Shown: piece by piece, positions 36,401 to 49,908 of the stretch
Numbering within the stretch: the first letter of the stretch is position 1
Layout of the letters: each line of letters starts with the position of its first letter
DNA from: Mobula hypostoma
Lineage: Eukaryota
Assembly: GCF_963921235.1 (NCBI RefSeq)
Contig: NC_086107.1
Location: forward strand, 106,394,001-106,458,000
Reading direction: 5' to 3'
DNA: 64,000 bases
Translations under genes and position numbers: made by a program
Notes under the pieces: generated by a model
Databases searched by the model: none
Told to the model about the DNA's origin: nothing
What the model saw: only the letters and a program-made list of their open reading frames with translations

Positions 36401-39400
36401 ATAAAATATACACGAGAACTGATGTAGGTGTACAAGATACTAAGAGGCACAGATCAAGTGGGTAGCCAAAGACTTTTTTTTCCCAGGGGTGGAAAAGGCT
36501 AATACCACAGGGCATAATTTTAAGGTGATTGGTGGAAAGCATAGGAGAATATCAGAGGTAAGTTCTTTGTACAGAGGGTGAAGAGGTGTTGGTAGAAGCA
36601 GATAACTGGGGGCACTTAAGAAACTTAGACATATGGAAGATAGAAAAATGGAGGGCTATGTAGGACGGAGGATTAGATTGATCTTAGAGTTGGTTAAAAG
36701 GTCGGCACAACATCATTGGCCAAGGAGCCTGTACTATGCTGTGTGCTCTATGGATCCTATGAACTGTGTGTACATAATAAGACAAGGTAGCCCTGAGGAC
36801 AGAATAACAAGGCTTTCAAAGAACATTTGTTCATTATGTGCTATGTCCTTCCCATGACCATGATTGTTCTTGACAAATTTTTCTGCAGAAGTAGTTTGCC
36901 ATCGCTGCCTCTGGGCAGTGTCTTTACAAGACGGGTGACCCCAGCCATTATCAATACCCTTCAGAGAATGTCTGCCTGGCGTCAGTGGTAGCATAACCAT
37001 GACTTGTGATACGACCATCCACCACCTGCTCCTACGGCTTCATGTGACCCTCATCGGGGGGCTAAGCAGGTGCTACACCTTGCCCAAGAGTGACCTGCAG
37101 GCAAGCGGAGGGAAGGAGCGACTTACACCTTTGTTGGCAGCGATGCACCTCCACCACAAGAACATTAATCAAAATAAACTGACCGTCCAAAAAAAGAGGT
37201 CTCAGGAGTTAATAGATGTTCAGTTAAGCAGTTGGGCTTACAGGCCTCAGGTAGAACTATAAGCAAATTCTAGAGTTTAGGGTTTTGCCAAACTAAGGCA
37301 AACTGCCTACGTGGATATCTTTGCTGGAAAGGATTATTGCTGCTTGTTTTTCCATCAAGGGAGAAGGAAGATGTGTTATTATGTGTGCATAATAAAGAAC
37401 TTCAGTTCCCAGTGGACGATGTGAGGAGTTCACCTGGAATTGGAAGCTACAATGGTGACCTGGTTGCACAGGCAAGAGTTAAGCAGCAGTTCAGTAATAA
37501 AATGCTCTAAGGTAAACCCACACCATGTTTGTCTTTATAAAGAAAAAAACACATGTTCGAAAGACGTGATGTATATGCAGTGATCTGAATTGAGAGGAAT
37601 TCACAGAAGGTTCAACAGAGGGTATTGCAAGTTACATATGGGGCATGAGAAAGCCTGAAAGAGAATAACTCTCAGGGTTTGGATACTGGGAAGCAGTGCT
37701 GTTCAAAGAATATGGGGTGGACGGGTGTCCAGGACAGAACTGGTTTGGCTGAGTTTGTCTATGAAAGCTGTTGGTTGGGAAGCCATTCAAGATTGCATCA
37801 AGAGTCAGTGGAATGTGAGCTTCAATAACAGATGGGTTGAGGTTGGACATGGAATGACGCGCTGATAAAAGGTGGCAGACTTCCTGATGCACAATTAGGA
37901 AGACAACTCATGTGCAAAATAAATGCTAAGCCTTGCTGGCCCAGACAAACTGTGGAGAGGACGTTTCTTATAGTGGGGGGAGTCCAGGACAGGAGGGTAA
38001 GCTTCAGAATACGAGGACCTCCCCTTTAGAACAAAGATGAGGAAGAATTTTTTTAGCCAGGGGGTTGTAAATCTGTGGAGGTAAAGACATTGAGTATATT
38101 TAAAGCGGAGGTTAATAGGTTCTTGATTAGTAAGGGCATCAAAAGGCTAGGGATAAATACAGGAGAATGGGTTGAGGATAATAAATCAGCCATGATGGAA
38201 TGGCTGAGCAGACTTGATGAGCTGAAAGGCCCAATTCTGCTCCTGTGTCTTCTAGTCTTAAGGCTATTTCCTCATAGTACTAAATTTAGGAGGATGAGGG
38301 GCACAGGAATGACCTTACCAATAAATCCCTCCTGTTTAGTGACCGTTTAACCTACGGGCCAGTGCGTCTTTAGACTGTGTTGAGGAGGCTGGGGCACCCG
38401 GGGAAGACCCATGTATTCCACAGGGAGAGTGTACAGGCTCATCTTAGAGAAGCGCCAGAATTGTACTCCAAACGCCCTGAGCTGTGGTAGCAGCGCGCTG
38501 GCCGCGATGCTACTGTGGCACCAAGGTGGAGGTTAATAGGTCCCTGATTAGTCAGGGCATGACGGGATATGGGGAGAAGGCAAGAGAATGGGGTTGAGAG
38601 AAAATGGATCAGCCATGATGAAATGGTGGAGCAGACTCGATGGGCCAAATGGCATGGTTCTGCTCCTACATCTTATGGTCTCGTGTCACAAATACCACCC
38701 TGACTTAGAGATATTTAACTATAAACAGGAGAAAGCGCAGATGCTGGAAACCCAAAGCAACACACGCAAAACGCTGGAGGAACTCAGCAGGTCGGGCAGC
38801 GTCTATGCAAATGAATGAACAGTCGATGTTTCGGACCAAGGCCCTACTTCAGGACTGGAAAGGAAGGGGGATGACACCAGTGGGTGGGTGGAAGGAAGGA
38901 GGATAGCTGGGTGGTGATATTCCTTTGTTGTTGCTGGGTCTAATTTCTGGAGCTCATTCTTCAATAGAGTGCCTTCACTAACACAGATCTGCAGGATTTA
39001 AGAAGGCAATGCGTTATCATCTCCTCTTGAGTAATCAAAGGCAGCCAATGGAAGCCTACTCTCCCCCCCCCATCCACAGCTAGAGATGTGCATATTTATT
39101 TTAAATTTCCTGTAAAATAGGAGGCCATTTGGCCTATCAAGTCAACGTATGTTCTCAGACCAATATCCTGGGTATGCAGGAATAGCTAATCTTTGATCTT
39201 ACAGGTGCTGTCTATGTGGAGTTTGCAGAGGCTTCCTGTGGCCTTGTGGGTTTTTCCTGGCTGCTCGTGTTTTCCCCACGTTGAAAAAACATGGTGATAA
39301 AGTAGTTGCAAATTACCCCTGGGGCAGGAAAAACAAAGGGGAGTTGATCAGTGCATGAAAGAGAATAGCACCAGGGGAATGGCACTGCTGTGCTGGCATA

Positions 39401-40994
39401 GACCCAATGGGTTGAATGATGCCGTTCTCTGCTAGAACGTGTAAAACGAAGGCCTTTTTGCAGAGGGGAAATCTTTGGCCTGCTGATTGATTAGATGGTG
39501 GGGATGGGACTGATGTGGAACTGAAGAAAAACTTTTCCAGTGCAGGTCTCAACTCACAGCCTAACAAGATTATGGGGCAGAAACCCTTGCCACATATAAA
39601 AAGGAGGTGCTGAACACTCAAGACCATAATCTGTAAAGCAATGAGGTGAGAGTGAGGTAGTTTGATTAATTAAAACGGCAATTATTGGGCCAAACGAACA
39701 CACGGGGCCAAATGGTTTTCTTCCGCACTGTCTTTTTCTATGATTTAAGATCGAAGTTTACCCCGCGATTTCGCTTCTCGTTCATACCTCCTTTAGGGTG
39801 CCACAGTAACGTGGCGGTTGGCATGATGCTATCAGAGTTCAATTCTGATGCCGGCTGCAAGAAATCTGTACATCCTTCCCACGAAAGCACGGGTTTCCTC
39901 TGGGTGCTCTGGTTTTCTCCCACGTTCCGGAGACATACCAGTTAGTAGCTTAATTGGTCATTGTAAGTTGTCCTGTGATTAGGCTAGGGTTAAATAGGTG
40001 GGTTGCTAAGCAGTGTGTCTCACTGGGCCGGAAGGGCCTGTTCCACACAGTATCTTTAAATAGATATTGAGGGAAGAGGAGAGGGAAGGGAAAGACAGCA
40101 CAGGAATATGAACGGACACTGAGCACAGAGTGTGGAGAACACAAGAAAACAAGGGATGGAGGAAAACAGGAAGTTGAAGAATTCTTTCTCTAAGCAATAC
40201 CCTGAGGTGCCTTGGGTCACTGCTGTCTGTTACAGACACAGTGTGTATTGTAGATTCTGATTTGCTAAAAAGGTGCTGGCAAAACACAGTCACAAGCAGA
40301 AATAAGGGAGCATTGGAAGAGCAGCAAAGAGGTCAGATAATGGTAATCTGAAAAAGCTGGAAACGCTCATCAGGTCAAACGGTATCAGTGGTGAGCAAGC
40401 AGAATTGGCATTTCATGAAATTTCCCGATGAAAAGTCATCAGCCTGGAAAGCTGTTTCTCCCTCTACAGATGGAATCAACCTGAATATTTCCAAGATTTT
40501 CTGATTTTATATCAGATATTAAATTTGACTAGACACATTTCGGCCTTCTGGACCCAACAATGAATTCAACTACTCCAAGTAATCACTCTTTCCAGGCTGG
40601 TGGCTCATTTCCAGGGCTCAGTGCTTTTTCTTATCCTCTCTGCTGGCAATTTCAGATTTCACTGCTCATATTCAGCACCTTTGTTATTCCAGTTATTCAC
40701 CATCTTCTAGATCAGGGGTACCCAACCTGGGGTCCACAAACCCACTGGTTAATGATAGGGGTCCATGGCATAAAAAAGATTGGGACCCCCTGTTCCAGCT
40801 GGACTATTACTACTTACATCAATCACTGTCTCCTGATCACACAATCAATATCATCTCTTTCATTCGCCCCATTCTTCTCTGCAAAGTAACATGTTTTCTT
40901 TTGATTTCAAATTCAGATGAAAGGTAATGAATGCTAACCCTCTCACCATACGTACAGGGGAAGCGTGGCAGCAATAGGGATCAGTGTATTACAG

Positions 40995-41280
40995 TGCCCC
41001 TTCCCAGAGGACCTTGTCGTTGGGTTCAGAGGCTTGCGCGCCTCAGTGACCTGGAGGGCGATGTTGGCTGGAATCAAGGCCTTTGTCCTTTGGCTCTGGG
41101 TAAGGTCACCCATGCCAAACAGGTCAAAGGGTAGAGGCCAGACTAAGAGTGGTCCACCGGTCCTCCAGGGTCAGGGGTTCAGCTCTGACTGGTCAAAATT
41201 AAAAGAAGTTGTGACAGAAACAGCAATGAAGGAACCTTCGATACAGACGGAGATGGAGAACCTCCATTGCTGTCCGAAAT
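40995..41280 (+). mobile_element. RTE-clade 5'UTR-derived element (BovB/Expander-like 5'UTR motifs)
   Basis: Ordered motifs CCTTGTCG..GGCTTGCG..CTCAGTGA..GGTCACCCATG..ACAGGTCA..GACTAA..GTGGTCCAC, as in RTE 5'UTRs (recognised from memory). Confidence 0.6.
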
Positions 41281-41644
41281 GCCAGCGGCGTGGCGGGCAG
41301 TAAATAACTGTAACAGTGTCAGCGACCTTGGTTCAATTCCTGCCGACGTCTGCCAGCAGCCTGTACGTTTTCCCCGTGGGTTTCCTCCGGGTGCTCCGGT
41401 TTCCTCCCAACATTCCATAGACGCACGGGTTGGTAGGTTAGTTGGTCACGTGGGTGTGATTGGGCAGTGCCAGCTCATGGGCTGGAGGGGCCTGTTATCG
41501 TGCTGTATCCCCACAAAAGGTAAATAAATGTGTACGCACACCCAACGCTCTTGGCTTTTAATTCTAATTCTTTGCATCAGCAGTATTTTGCTTTCACATC
41601 CTCGTGCGCTATAAGTTGCTTTTGAAACATCACTGAAATGACAA

Positions 41645-42190
41645 AGCAACATACACACACACAGCTGGAGGAGCTCAGCAGGCCAGGCAGCATCTACGGA
41701 AATGAATAAACAGTCCGACAGTTCAGCCAAGATGCTTCTTCAGGACTGAGAAGGGGGGAGACGCCAGAATAAAGAGGTGGGGGTGAGGGGAAAGAGGCTA
41801 GCTGGAAGGTGATAGGTGAAGGCAGGGCGGGTGGGAAAGGTAAAGGTCTGGAGAGGAAGGAATCTGACAGGAGAGGAGAGTGGACCGTAGGAGAAAGGGG
41901 AGGGGAACCACGGGGAAGTGAAAGGCAGGTGAGGAGAGCTAAAAGCCAGAGTGGGGAATAAGACAAGGGGAGGGGGAAGGATTTTTTTAATCTGGCAGGA
42001 GAAATCAACTTTCATGCCATCGGGTTTGGGGCTATCGGGACGGAATACAAGGCGCTGCTCCTGCACCCCCAGGGTGACCTCATCTTGGCACAAACGGTGG
42101 GGTCATGGACCGACAAGTCGCAATGGAAATGGGAATCAAAATTGAAGTGCTTGGCCACCGGGCAGTTCCACTTTTGGCGGACAGAGTGTA
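41645..42190 (-). mobile_element. Penelope-like element 3' fragment
   Basis: PVAKHFNFDSH..CQDEVTLGVQEQRLVFR..PDGMKVDF; homologous to 49909-50480. Confidence 0.82.
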
Positions 42191-42599
42191 GCTGAAATGT
42201 ACCATGGGGGGGGGGGGGGAGAGAAAGGACTTGAATTTTTAAAAATACACCTTTAAGACAAACCAAAACAACTTTAACTCAGTGAAGACTATCGAAGTTC
42301 AATCCATACAAGAACTTCATGATTAGGAGCTCTTTAACATCTACCCTAGAAAGAAGATGGAATCTGGGTTTATATTTTTTCCCCCAAAAAAGGCAGCACT
42401 TTTCAGTGAAATCCTTTCAAATTACACTAAGAGAGTACAAAGCACATCACCGGAATGTAATTTGAACCCACTATCTTCTGCTTTTCAGCTCCCCACTGGG
42501 TAATGGTCAATCTGAGCATAATCATTACACAGCAACTCCACAATTTAATCTACATACAAACAGGATTCAGACACGTCCCCTCCCTTCTGTTTCAAGTAC

Positions 42600-42775
42600 C
42601 TCTGAAAAATCTCCTGCAGCGTCTCACGGGTGAATGCCCTCCCATCCTGGAAGACATTGTTGAGAGCGTGAAGCGCACACAGCTCCCTCCTCTGCTTCTC
42701 GTGGTAAATCAAAGTGGGCGGCTGCACTTCAGAGTCCAGTTTTAACTTGTCTCCTTTCCAGGGGACGCAGCTCAT
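42600..42775 (-). CDS. JOSD1: Josephin domain-containing protein 1 (deubiquitinase), first coding exon
   Basis: ATG at 42775-42773. Translates [10 protein letters not shown]...[36 protein letters not shown](R), matching the vertebrate JOSD1 N-terminus including the catalytic Cys (ELCALH). Ends AG|GTACTT donor, phase 2. Confidence 0.97.
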
Positions 42776-43929
42776 TTTTCAGTTCAGTAAAGCGAACTGT
42801 CTGAAGGGTGGCCAAGCTTCAAGGAAAGGTACACCCCAACCACAGTTCACATTCCAGGACCCTTATAGTCATGTTAAGACTTCTGAGCAGTAACACTGAT
42901 TATCTTCACAATTCCACAGCATTCAGACAAAAGCTGAGACATTCAAAACCTCGTCATGGTGACTTTCTCGTTCTTAAAAAATATACTGCTCGACTCCAAT
43001 GAAGAAAGGTCATAAATTAGAAGAATCTTTTAAGGACACTTTCCTCCAACAAAGAGAAAGCTTAAGATGGAAGTCAGTGTTTTGTTCCCAGCAGGTTAGC
43101 CATTCCAATGCTGTATCTATAATCTCTCAATAAGGCTTTTGTTGTGAGAATATTCTTAGTTGCAGAGGGATCTGTCTTTCTTGTTGCATTCTTCTCAGAT
43201 GTTTAGACCATCCCATTGATCGACCTTGTAGCTTCTGTGCTTGTTCCTCTGGTTGACATGCCCTGGGACTTCAACAGGGTCTTCCTGATAGCCTCAGCTC
43301 ACCCTGGGACTCCACCTCCTCCACTGTAAAAACACTACGTTCCCCCTCTGCTCTGGTACCCAAACTAGGATCACTAACTGCAGAGAATGTTCTGGAACTG
43401 CCCACTACCCTGGCAATTGCTCTTGGGATCTCCTTCCACATCAGCGCACCACCCCTCCCCCGGGAATCAGTCTCGGGACTCCCCCCCCTCCCCTGGTGGT
43501 CACGCTGGGGACCCCTCGGGAACTGCTATCGGCCCTTCTCCTCCCTAGGGATCTCACTATCGATTGGGGATCACTCCGTGGACCCCACTCTCACCATATA
43601 TTACCCACTACACTCCCCTGGGAATCAACCGGGGCCTCCGCTCTCCCCTGGGTTCACTGTGGGGGGGGGGAGGCACCCCACTCTCCGATGGACTCAGGTT
43701 TCACTCTTGGGACAACCCCCCACCCTCCTGTCCTTGGAATCACTATAGGATCCTGCTTTGTTCCGTGCACGGCCACGCTGGGAACCCTCAGTCCTTAACC
43801 TTGGGAGGCACAATAGGATCCCTGCTTTGCCCCGCTGTTAGAATCCACCAGTGTGTTCCTGGAGTCGCTCTGCGCCCTGGGATCCTCCTGTGCGCCGTCC
43901 ACTCTCACGGCAGCAGGGACTCCAGCCTC

Positions 43930-44210
43930 CGTCGCACGGCCGACCCCAGGCCGTCAGTCGGTCGGACCTACGCACCAGTCTTCCGCCGCAGAAGGGAAGA
44001 AGGACCGAGCCCCCGCAATCCACCGAGCGCAACACACACACCGACAGCCCAAGACACCAGGCGCCGCGCCGCGCCGCGCCGCCGCCACCTGCGCACTACG
44101 TCAGCCCCACACACGGTCGCAGTGACGTCACCCGGTAGGGGGAAACATCGCGGCACCAATCGTGTCGACGTCATCACGCCGACACCCGGAGTTCCGCCCC
44201 CATCTGGTTC
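43930..44210 (-). promoter_or_regulatory. JOSD1: CpG-island promoter / probable non-coding first exon of JOSD1
   Basis: CpG-dense, with a (GCGCC)n run, palindromic CRE GTGACGTCAC 44122-44131, half-CREs near 44098 and 44167, CCAAT 44156-44160 and GC box 44194-44200. Candidate minus-strand donor CTG|GTGCGT at 43976/43975. Confidence 0.75.
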
Positions 44211-45139
44211 TGTTTGGTATCGCTCTGTCTATTTGATAAAAGTTTTTTTTTTACAAAATTCTTTATTACAAATGTCGGTGCTATACAATATTTACAAACC
44301 CAGTGACTAACATATTTACTACACTACAAACAGACAATACATCTTAAACCAATATATTGCCATCCTCATCAATGATGGCATTTACACCAACTAATGTATG
44401 CAAAACACAGCCAAGAAGTAATAAACATTTTAGCTGTTATTTAAACAGTTGCCAGTGGCTTATCCTTATAACAATACTGGTGTTGGGCCGAAGTACGTGT
44501 TTCACTGACAACGACTTTCTTCTAATATAGCAACTTTAAATACCAAAGCATCCCAAGGCATTTCACAGGAAAACTTTACGAGGACTGTTTGCGAGGACTG
44601 TGTTGTAGGGTTGGAGGAGCGTGCACAAGTTGTAAAACTTTGTAAGATGTAAAAAGGGGGAGATTTTAAAAACTGAGTATCTCTTAACCAGTAGCCAATT
44701 CAGGGCAGCAAACAGAAGGCTGATGGGAGAAAAAGACACAACATATTAGGAAGCAGGCAACTCAAAAAATGCTAGAGGAACTCATCACGCCAGGAAGCAT
44801 CTGTGGAGGAAAACAAACAGTCGAAGTTTCTGGCTGTGGTTCTTAATTAAGACGCTTCTAATTACCTCAATTTTTTTTAAAGCAGAACAATGGAATCCAG
44901 GGAACAAGAGAAAAACAGACACAAACACAGATCCGGATGCTGGAAATCCTAAGTAACACACACAAATTTGCTGGAGGAATTCAGCAGATCAGGTAGCATC
45001 TGTGGAGAGGAGTAAACTGTCAACCTTTTGGGCTGAGACCCTTTGTCATATAAAAGCACAGGTGAGGATTTCAGCAACAGATAAGCTGAGGAAAGAACTG
45101 GACAGGTACGGAGATGAACTCAGATGGTCTTGGTGATGG

Positions 45140-48100
45140 AATAGAAATTAAAGCCACACAGGCTCAGAAGGGTAAGGAAAGGAAGAGGATGGCAGCAGTG
45201 ATAGGGGTCTCTATAGTTAGGAGGTCAGACAGGCAATTCTGTGGATGCAGGAAAGAAGCACGGATGGTAGTTTACCTCCCAGGTGCCAGGGTCCTGGATG
45301 TTTCTGATCACATCCACGATATCCTGAAGTAGGAAGGAGAATAGCCAGAGGTTGTGGTACATATTGGTACCAACGACATAGGTAGGAAAAGGGAGGAGGT
45401 CCTGAAAGCAGTCTACAGGGAGTTAGGAAGGAAGTTGAGAAGCTTCTCGGGATTACTGCCTGTGCCACGTGACAGTGAGTATAGGAATAGAGTGAGGTGG
45501 AGGATAAATGCGTAGTTGAGGGATTGGAGCAGGGGGCAGGGATTCAGATTCCTGGATCCTCTTTTGGTGCAGGTGTGACCTGTACAAAAAGGACGGGTTG
45601 CACGAATCCCAGAGGGACCAATTTCCTGGCGGGGAGGGTTGCTAAGGCTATTGGGGAGAGTTTAAACTAGAATTGCTGGGAGGATGGGAACCAAACTGAA
45701 GAGAAGGAGGAAGTTGGCTCACAAATCGAGAAAGTTTGGAAACAGTGTGAGAGGGAGGATAGGCAGCTGATGAAGGGACGTGCTCAGACCGATGGTTTGA
45801 GATGTGTCTATTTTAATGCAAGGAGTATTATGAACAAAGCGGATGAGCTTAAAGCATGGATCAGTACTTGGAGCTAGGATGTTGTGGCCATTACAAAGAC
45901 TTGGATGGCTTAGGGGCAGGAATGGTTACTTAAAGTGCCAGGCTTTAGATGTTTCAGAAAGGACAGGGAAGGAGGCAAAAGAGGTGGGGGCGTAGCACTG
46001 TTGATCAAAGAAGAGTCACGGCTGCAGAAAAGGAGGAAGTCATGGAGGAATTGTCTATGGAGTCTCAATGGGTGGAAGTTAGGAACAAGAAGGGGTCAAT
46101 AACCTTACTGGGTGTTTTTATAGACCACCCAATAGTAGCAGGGACATCAAGGAGCAGATAGGAAAACAGATTCTGGAATGGTGTAATAATAACAGGGTTG
46201 TGCTGGGAGATTTTAATTTCCCAAATATTGATTGACATCTCCCTAGAGCAAGGCTTTAGATAGGGTGGAATTTGTTAGGTGTGTTCAAGAAGATTAAACC
46301 TACAAGAGGAGAGGCTGTATTTGATCTGGTATTGGGAAATGAACCTGGTCAGGTGTCAGATCTCTCAGTGCAAGAGCATTTTGGAGATAGTGATCATAAT
46401 TCTATCTCCTTTACCATAGCATTGAGAGGGACAGGAACAGACAAGTCAGGAAAGCGTTTAATTGGAGTAAGGGGAAATATGAGGCTATAAGGCAGGAACT
46501 TGGAAGCATAAATTGGAAACAGATGTTCTCAGGGAAATGTACGGAAGAAATGTGGCAAATGTTCAGGGGATATTTGCATGGAGTTCTGCATAAGTACATT
46601 CCAATGAGACAAGGAAAGGATGGTAGGGTACAGGAACCATGGTGTACAAAGGCTATTGTAAATCTAGTCAAGAAGAAAAAAACTTACGAAAGGTTCAAAA
46701 AACTAGGTAATGATAGAGATCTAGAAGATTATAAGGCTAGCAGGAAGGAGCTTAAGAATGAAATTAGGAGAGCCAGAAGGGGCCATGAGAAGGCCTTGGT
46801 GGACAGGATTAAGGAAAACCCCAAGGCATTCTACAAGTATGTGAAGAGCAAGAGGATAAGGTGTGAGAGAACAGGACCAATCAAGTGTGACAGTGGAAAA
46901 GTGTGTATGAAACTGGAGGAGATAGCAGAGGTACTTAATGAATACTTTGCTTCAGTATTCACTACAGAAAAGGAGCTTGGTGATTGTAGGGATGACTTAC
47001 AGCAGACTGAAAAGCTTGAACATTATAGATATTAAGAAAGAGGATGTGCTGGAGCTTTTGGAAAGCATCAAGTTGGGTAAGTCTGGGGAACGGACGAAAT
47101 GTACCCCAGGCTACTGTGGGAGTCGAGGGAGGAGATTGCTGAGCCTCTGGTGATGATCTTTGCATCATCAATGGGGACAGGAGAGGTTCCGGAGGATTGG
47201 AGGGTTGCAGGTGTTGTTCCTTTATTCAAGAAAGGGAGTAGAGATAGCTCAGGAAATTATAGACCAGTGAGTCTTACTTCAGTGGTTGGTAAGTTGATGG
47301 AAAAGATCCTGAGGGGCAGGATTTATCAACATTTGGAGAGGCATAATATGATAAGGAGTAGTCAGGATGGCTTTGCCAAAGACAGATTGTGCCTTACGAG
47401 TCCGATTGAATTTTTTGAGGATGTGACTAAACACATTGATGGAGGTAGCACATTAAATGTAGTGTGTATGGACTTCAGCAAGGCATTTGATAAGGTACCC
47501 CATGCCAGGTTTATTGAGAAAGTAAGGATGCATGGGATCCAAGGGGACATTGCTTTGTGGATCCAGAACTGGCTTGCTCACAGAAGGCAAAGTGTGGCTG
47601 TAGACAGGTCATATTCTGCATGGAGGTCGGTGACCAGTGGTGTGCCTCAGAGATCTGTTCTGGGACCCCTACTCTTTGTGATTTTTATAAATGACCTGGA
47701 TGAGGAAGTGGAGGGATGGGTTAGTAAATTTGCTGATGATGCAAAGGTTGGGGGAGTTGTGGATAGTGTGGAGGGCTGTCAGAGGTTACAGCGAGACATT
47801 GATAGGATGCAAAACTGGGCTGAGAAATGACAGATGGAATTCAACCCAGTTAAGTGTGAGGTGGTTCATTTTGGTAGGTCAAATATGATGGCAGAATATT
47901 GTACTAATGGTAAGACTCTTGGCAGTGTGGAGGATCAGAGGGATCTTGAGGGCCGAGTCCTTAGGACACTCAAAGCTGCTGCGCAGGTTGACTCTGTGGC
48001 TAAGAAAGCATATGGTGCATTGGCCTTCATCAATCGTGGGATTGAGTTTAAGAGCTGAGAGGTAATGTTGCAGCTTTATAAGACACTGGTCAGACCCCGC

Positions 48101-49871
48101 TTGGAGTACTGTGCTCATTTCTGGTCGCCTCACTAGAGGAAGGATGTGGAAACCATAGAAAGGGTGCAGAGAGATTTACAAGGATGTTGCCTGGATTGGG
48201 GGGTATGCTTTATGAGAATAGGTTGGGTGAACTCGGCCTTTTCTCCTTGGAGCGACGGAGGATGAAAGGTGATAGAGGTGTAAAAGGTGATAAGAGGCAT
48301 TGATCGTGTGCATAGTCAGAGGCTTTTTCCCAGGGCTGAAATGGCTATCGTGAGAGGGCACAGTTTTAAGGTACTTGCTTGGTAGCAGGTACAGAGTAGA
48401 TGTCAGGGGTAAGTTTTTTACGCAGAAAGTGGTGAGTGAAAGAAGCTATCTCAGAGTGACAACTATCACATACAGGATTTATATGAGAGTAATAACAAGC
48501 TAATTTATCCTTAGACATATGGGCCCTATGTACTACTTTAAACTGTATCAGTGTGTGTTTAGCACATATAGAGGAAGAATTAACTAATTGAAGAATTTTT
48601 TTCCCATTTTTCAATAGGTAAAGTAGGGTTAAGTTCCCTTTCCCAATCATTCTTAATTTTATTAGGTAAGTCTGGATGTATTTTCATAATTATATTATAA
48701 ATAATTGCTATTACACCTTTCTGAAAAGGATTTAAATCTAAAATATCTATTGGAATAAGGATCAGAAAGGTAAGAAGAACACTACTTAAAAAGTTTCTAA
48801 TCTGTAAATATCTAAAGAAATGGGATTTAGGCAAATTAGATTATTAGATAATTGTTCAAAGGACATGAAACAATTATCCAAAAATAGATCACAAAATTGT
48901 AATATACCTTTGGTTTTCCAAACCAAATAGGCTTTGTTTTGGTAATGTCCTTTTTTGAAAAATTACTGGAAAGATATCTTTGATATCATTTCAACTGTTC
49001 TGAGTATTGATTTACAACCTCACCCTATTACTGCAATTTTTGGTTTACCAATGATAGAACCAAATCATTGAACCTCTTCAGCTTGTTCGGATGATTGCAT
49101 TCCTTACATTAATGGCTAGAAGATCCACTTTGCTGAATTGGAAAGAGATTAATCCTCCCACCACATTTCATTGGTTCTCTCAAACTATGTTGTGTTTAAA
49201 TTTAGAAAACAATAGAAGTGTCATTTATGATCCTTCTATTAAATTCGAAAAGACTTGGAGGCCATTTATTCAACACTTCCATATGATGTAATTTGACCAT
49301 TTCCAAATCTATTCTATTACTTTCAAATATATGGAGGGAGGAGCGGAGTTAATGACATTAATGGTCTTATTTGATGTAACACAACAGCCCATGTCTTTTT
49401 CTTTTCCTTAGTTTAGTTGTTCAGTATAGTTTAGATTAGTTTTCTTCATGGGTTTTTTTTTTCTTTTTTCATGCATTTTTTTTCTTATATTATATTTGTA
49501 TTCTGTAAGATTTTGGGAGGTTTAATATCTGTGTGTTAACTGAGTTTATATTTATATATGCTAATTATTATCAATATAATCCCAATAGCTTTGTATTAAT
49601 ACTATGTTATGTTTAACATTTTGATGTTAATAAAAAGATTGGAAAAGAAAGGAAGTGATGAGTGTGTGGAATGGGCTGCTGGTGACGGTGGTGGAGGTGG
49701 ATACGATAGGCTCTTTTAGGAGACTCCTGGACAGGTACACGGAGCTTAGAAAAATAGAAGGCTATGGGTAACCCTAGGTAATTTCTAAGGTAAGAAGGTA
49801 AGGACATGTTTGGCACAGCTTTGCGGGCCAAAGGGCCTGTATTGTGCTGTAGGTTTTCCTATGTTTCTATG
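45140..49871 (+). mobile_element. CR1-clade LINE, near full length and degenerate (ORF1 SGNH esterase + ORF2 APE-RT), interrupted by L1 at 48439-49652
   Basis: ORF1: VIGVSIVR..LPGARV..VVVHIGTNDIG. ORF2: [68 protein letters not shown]. Ends in a (TTTCTATG)-like tail. Many stops and frameshifts. Confidence 0.93.
48439..49652 (+). mobile_element. L1-clade LINE 3' end with inverted 5' segment (48439-~48935 antisense; ~48935-49652 sense)
   Basis: Antisense part encodes ..HFFRYLQIRNF..WERELN..LIQFKVVHR..CDSCHSEIAS. Sense part continues MFW*CPFLKNYWKDIF..ARRSTLLNWK..KTWRPF, then a T-rich 3'UTR, AATAAA and A-rich tail. TSD aagtggtgagtg (48427-48438) / aagtgatgagtg (49653-49664). Confidence 0.88.
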
Positions 49872-49908
49872 ATAGGAGACAGCGGAATGGAAGGGCTAGA
49901 GAACAATG

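Noticed and set aside
43564..44310. 248-aa plus-strand ORF over the JOSD1 CpG island
   Set aside because: Stop-poor GC-rich promoter sequence with a non-ATG start and no recognisable domain.
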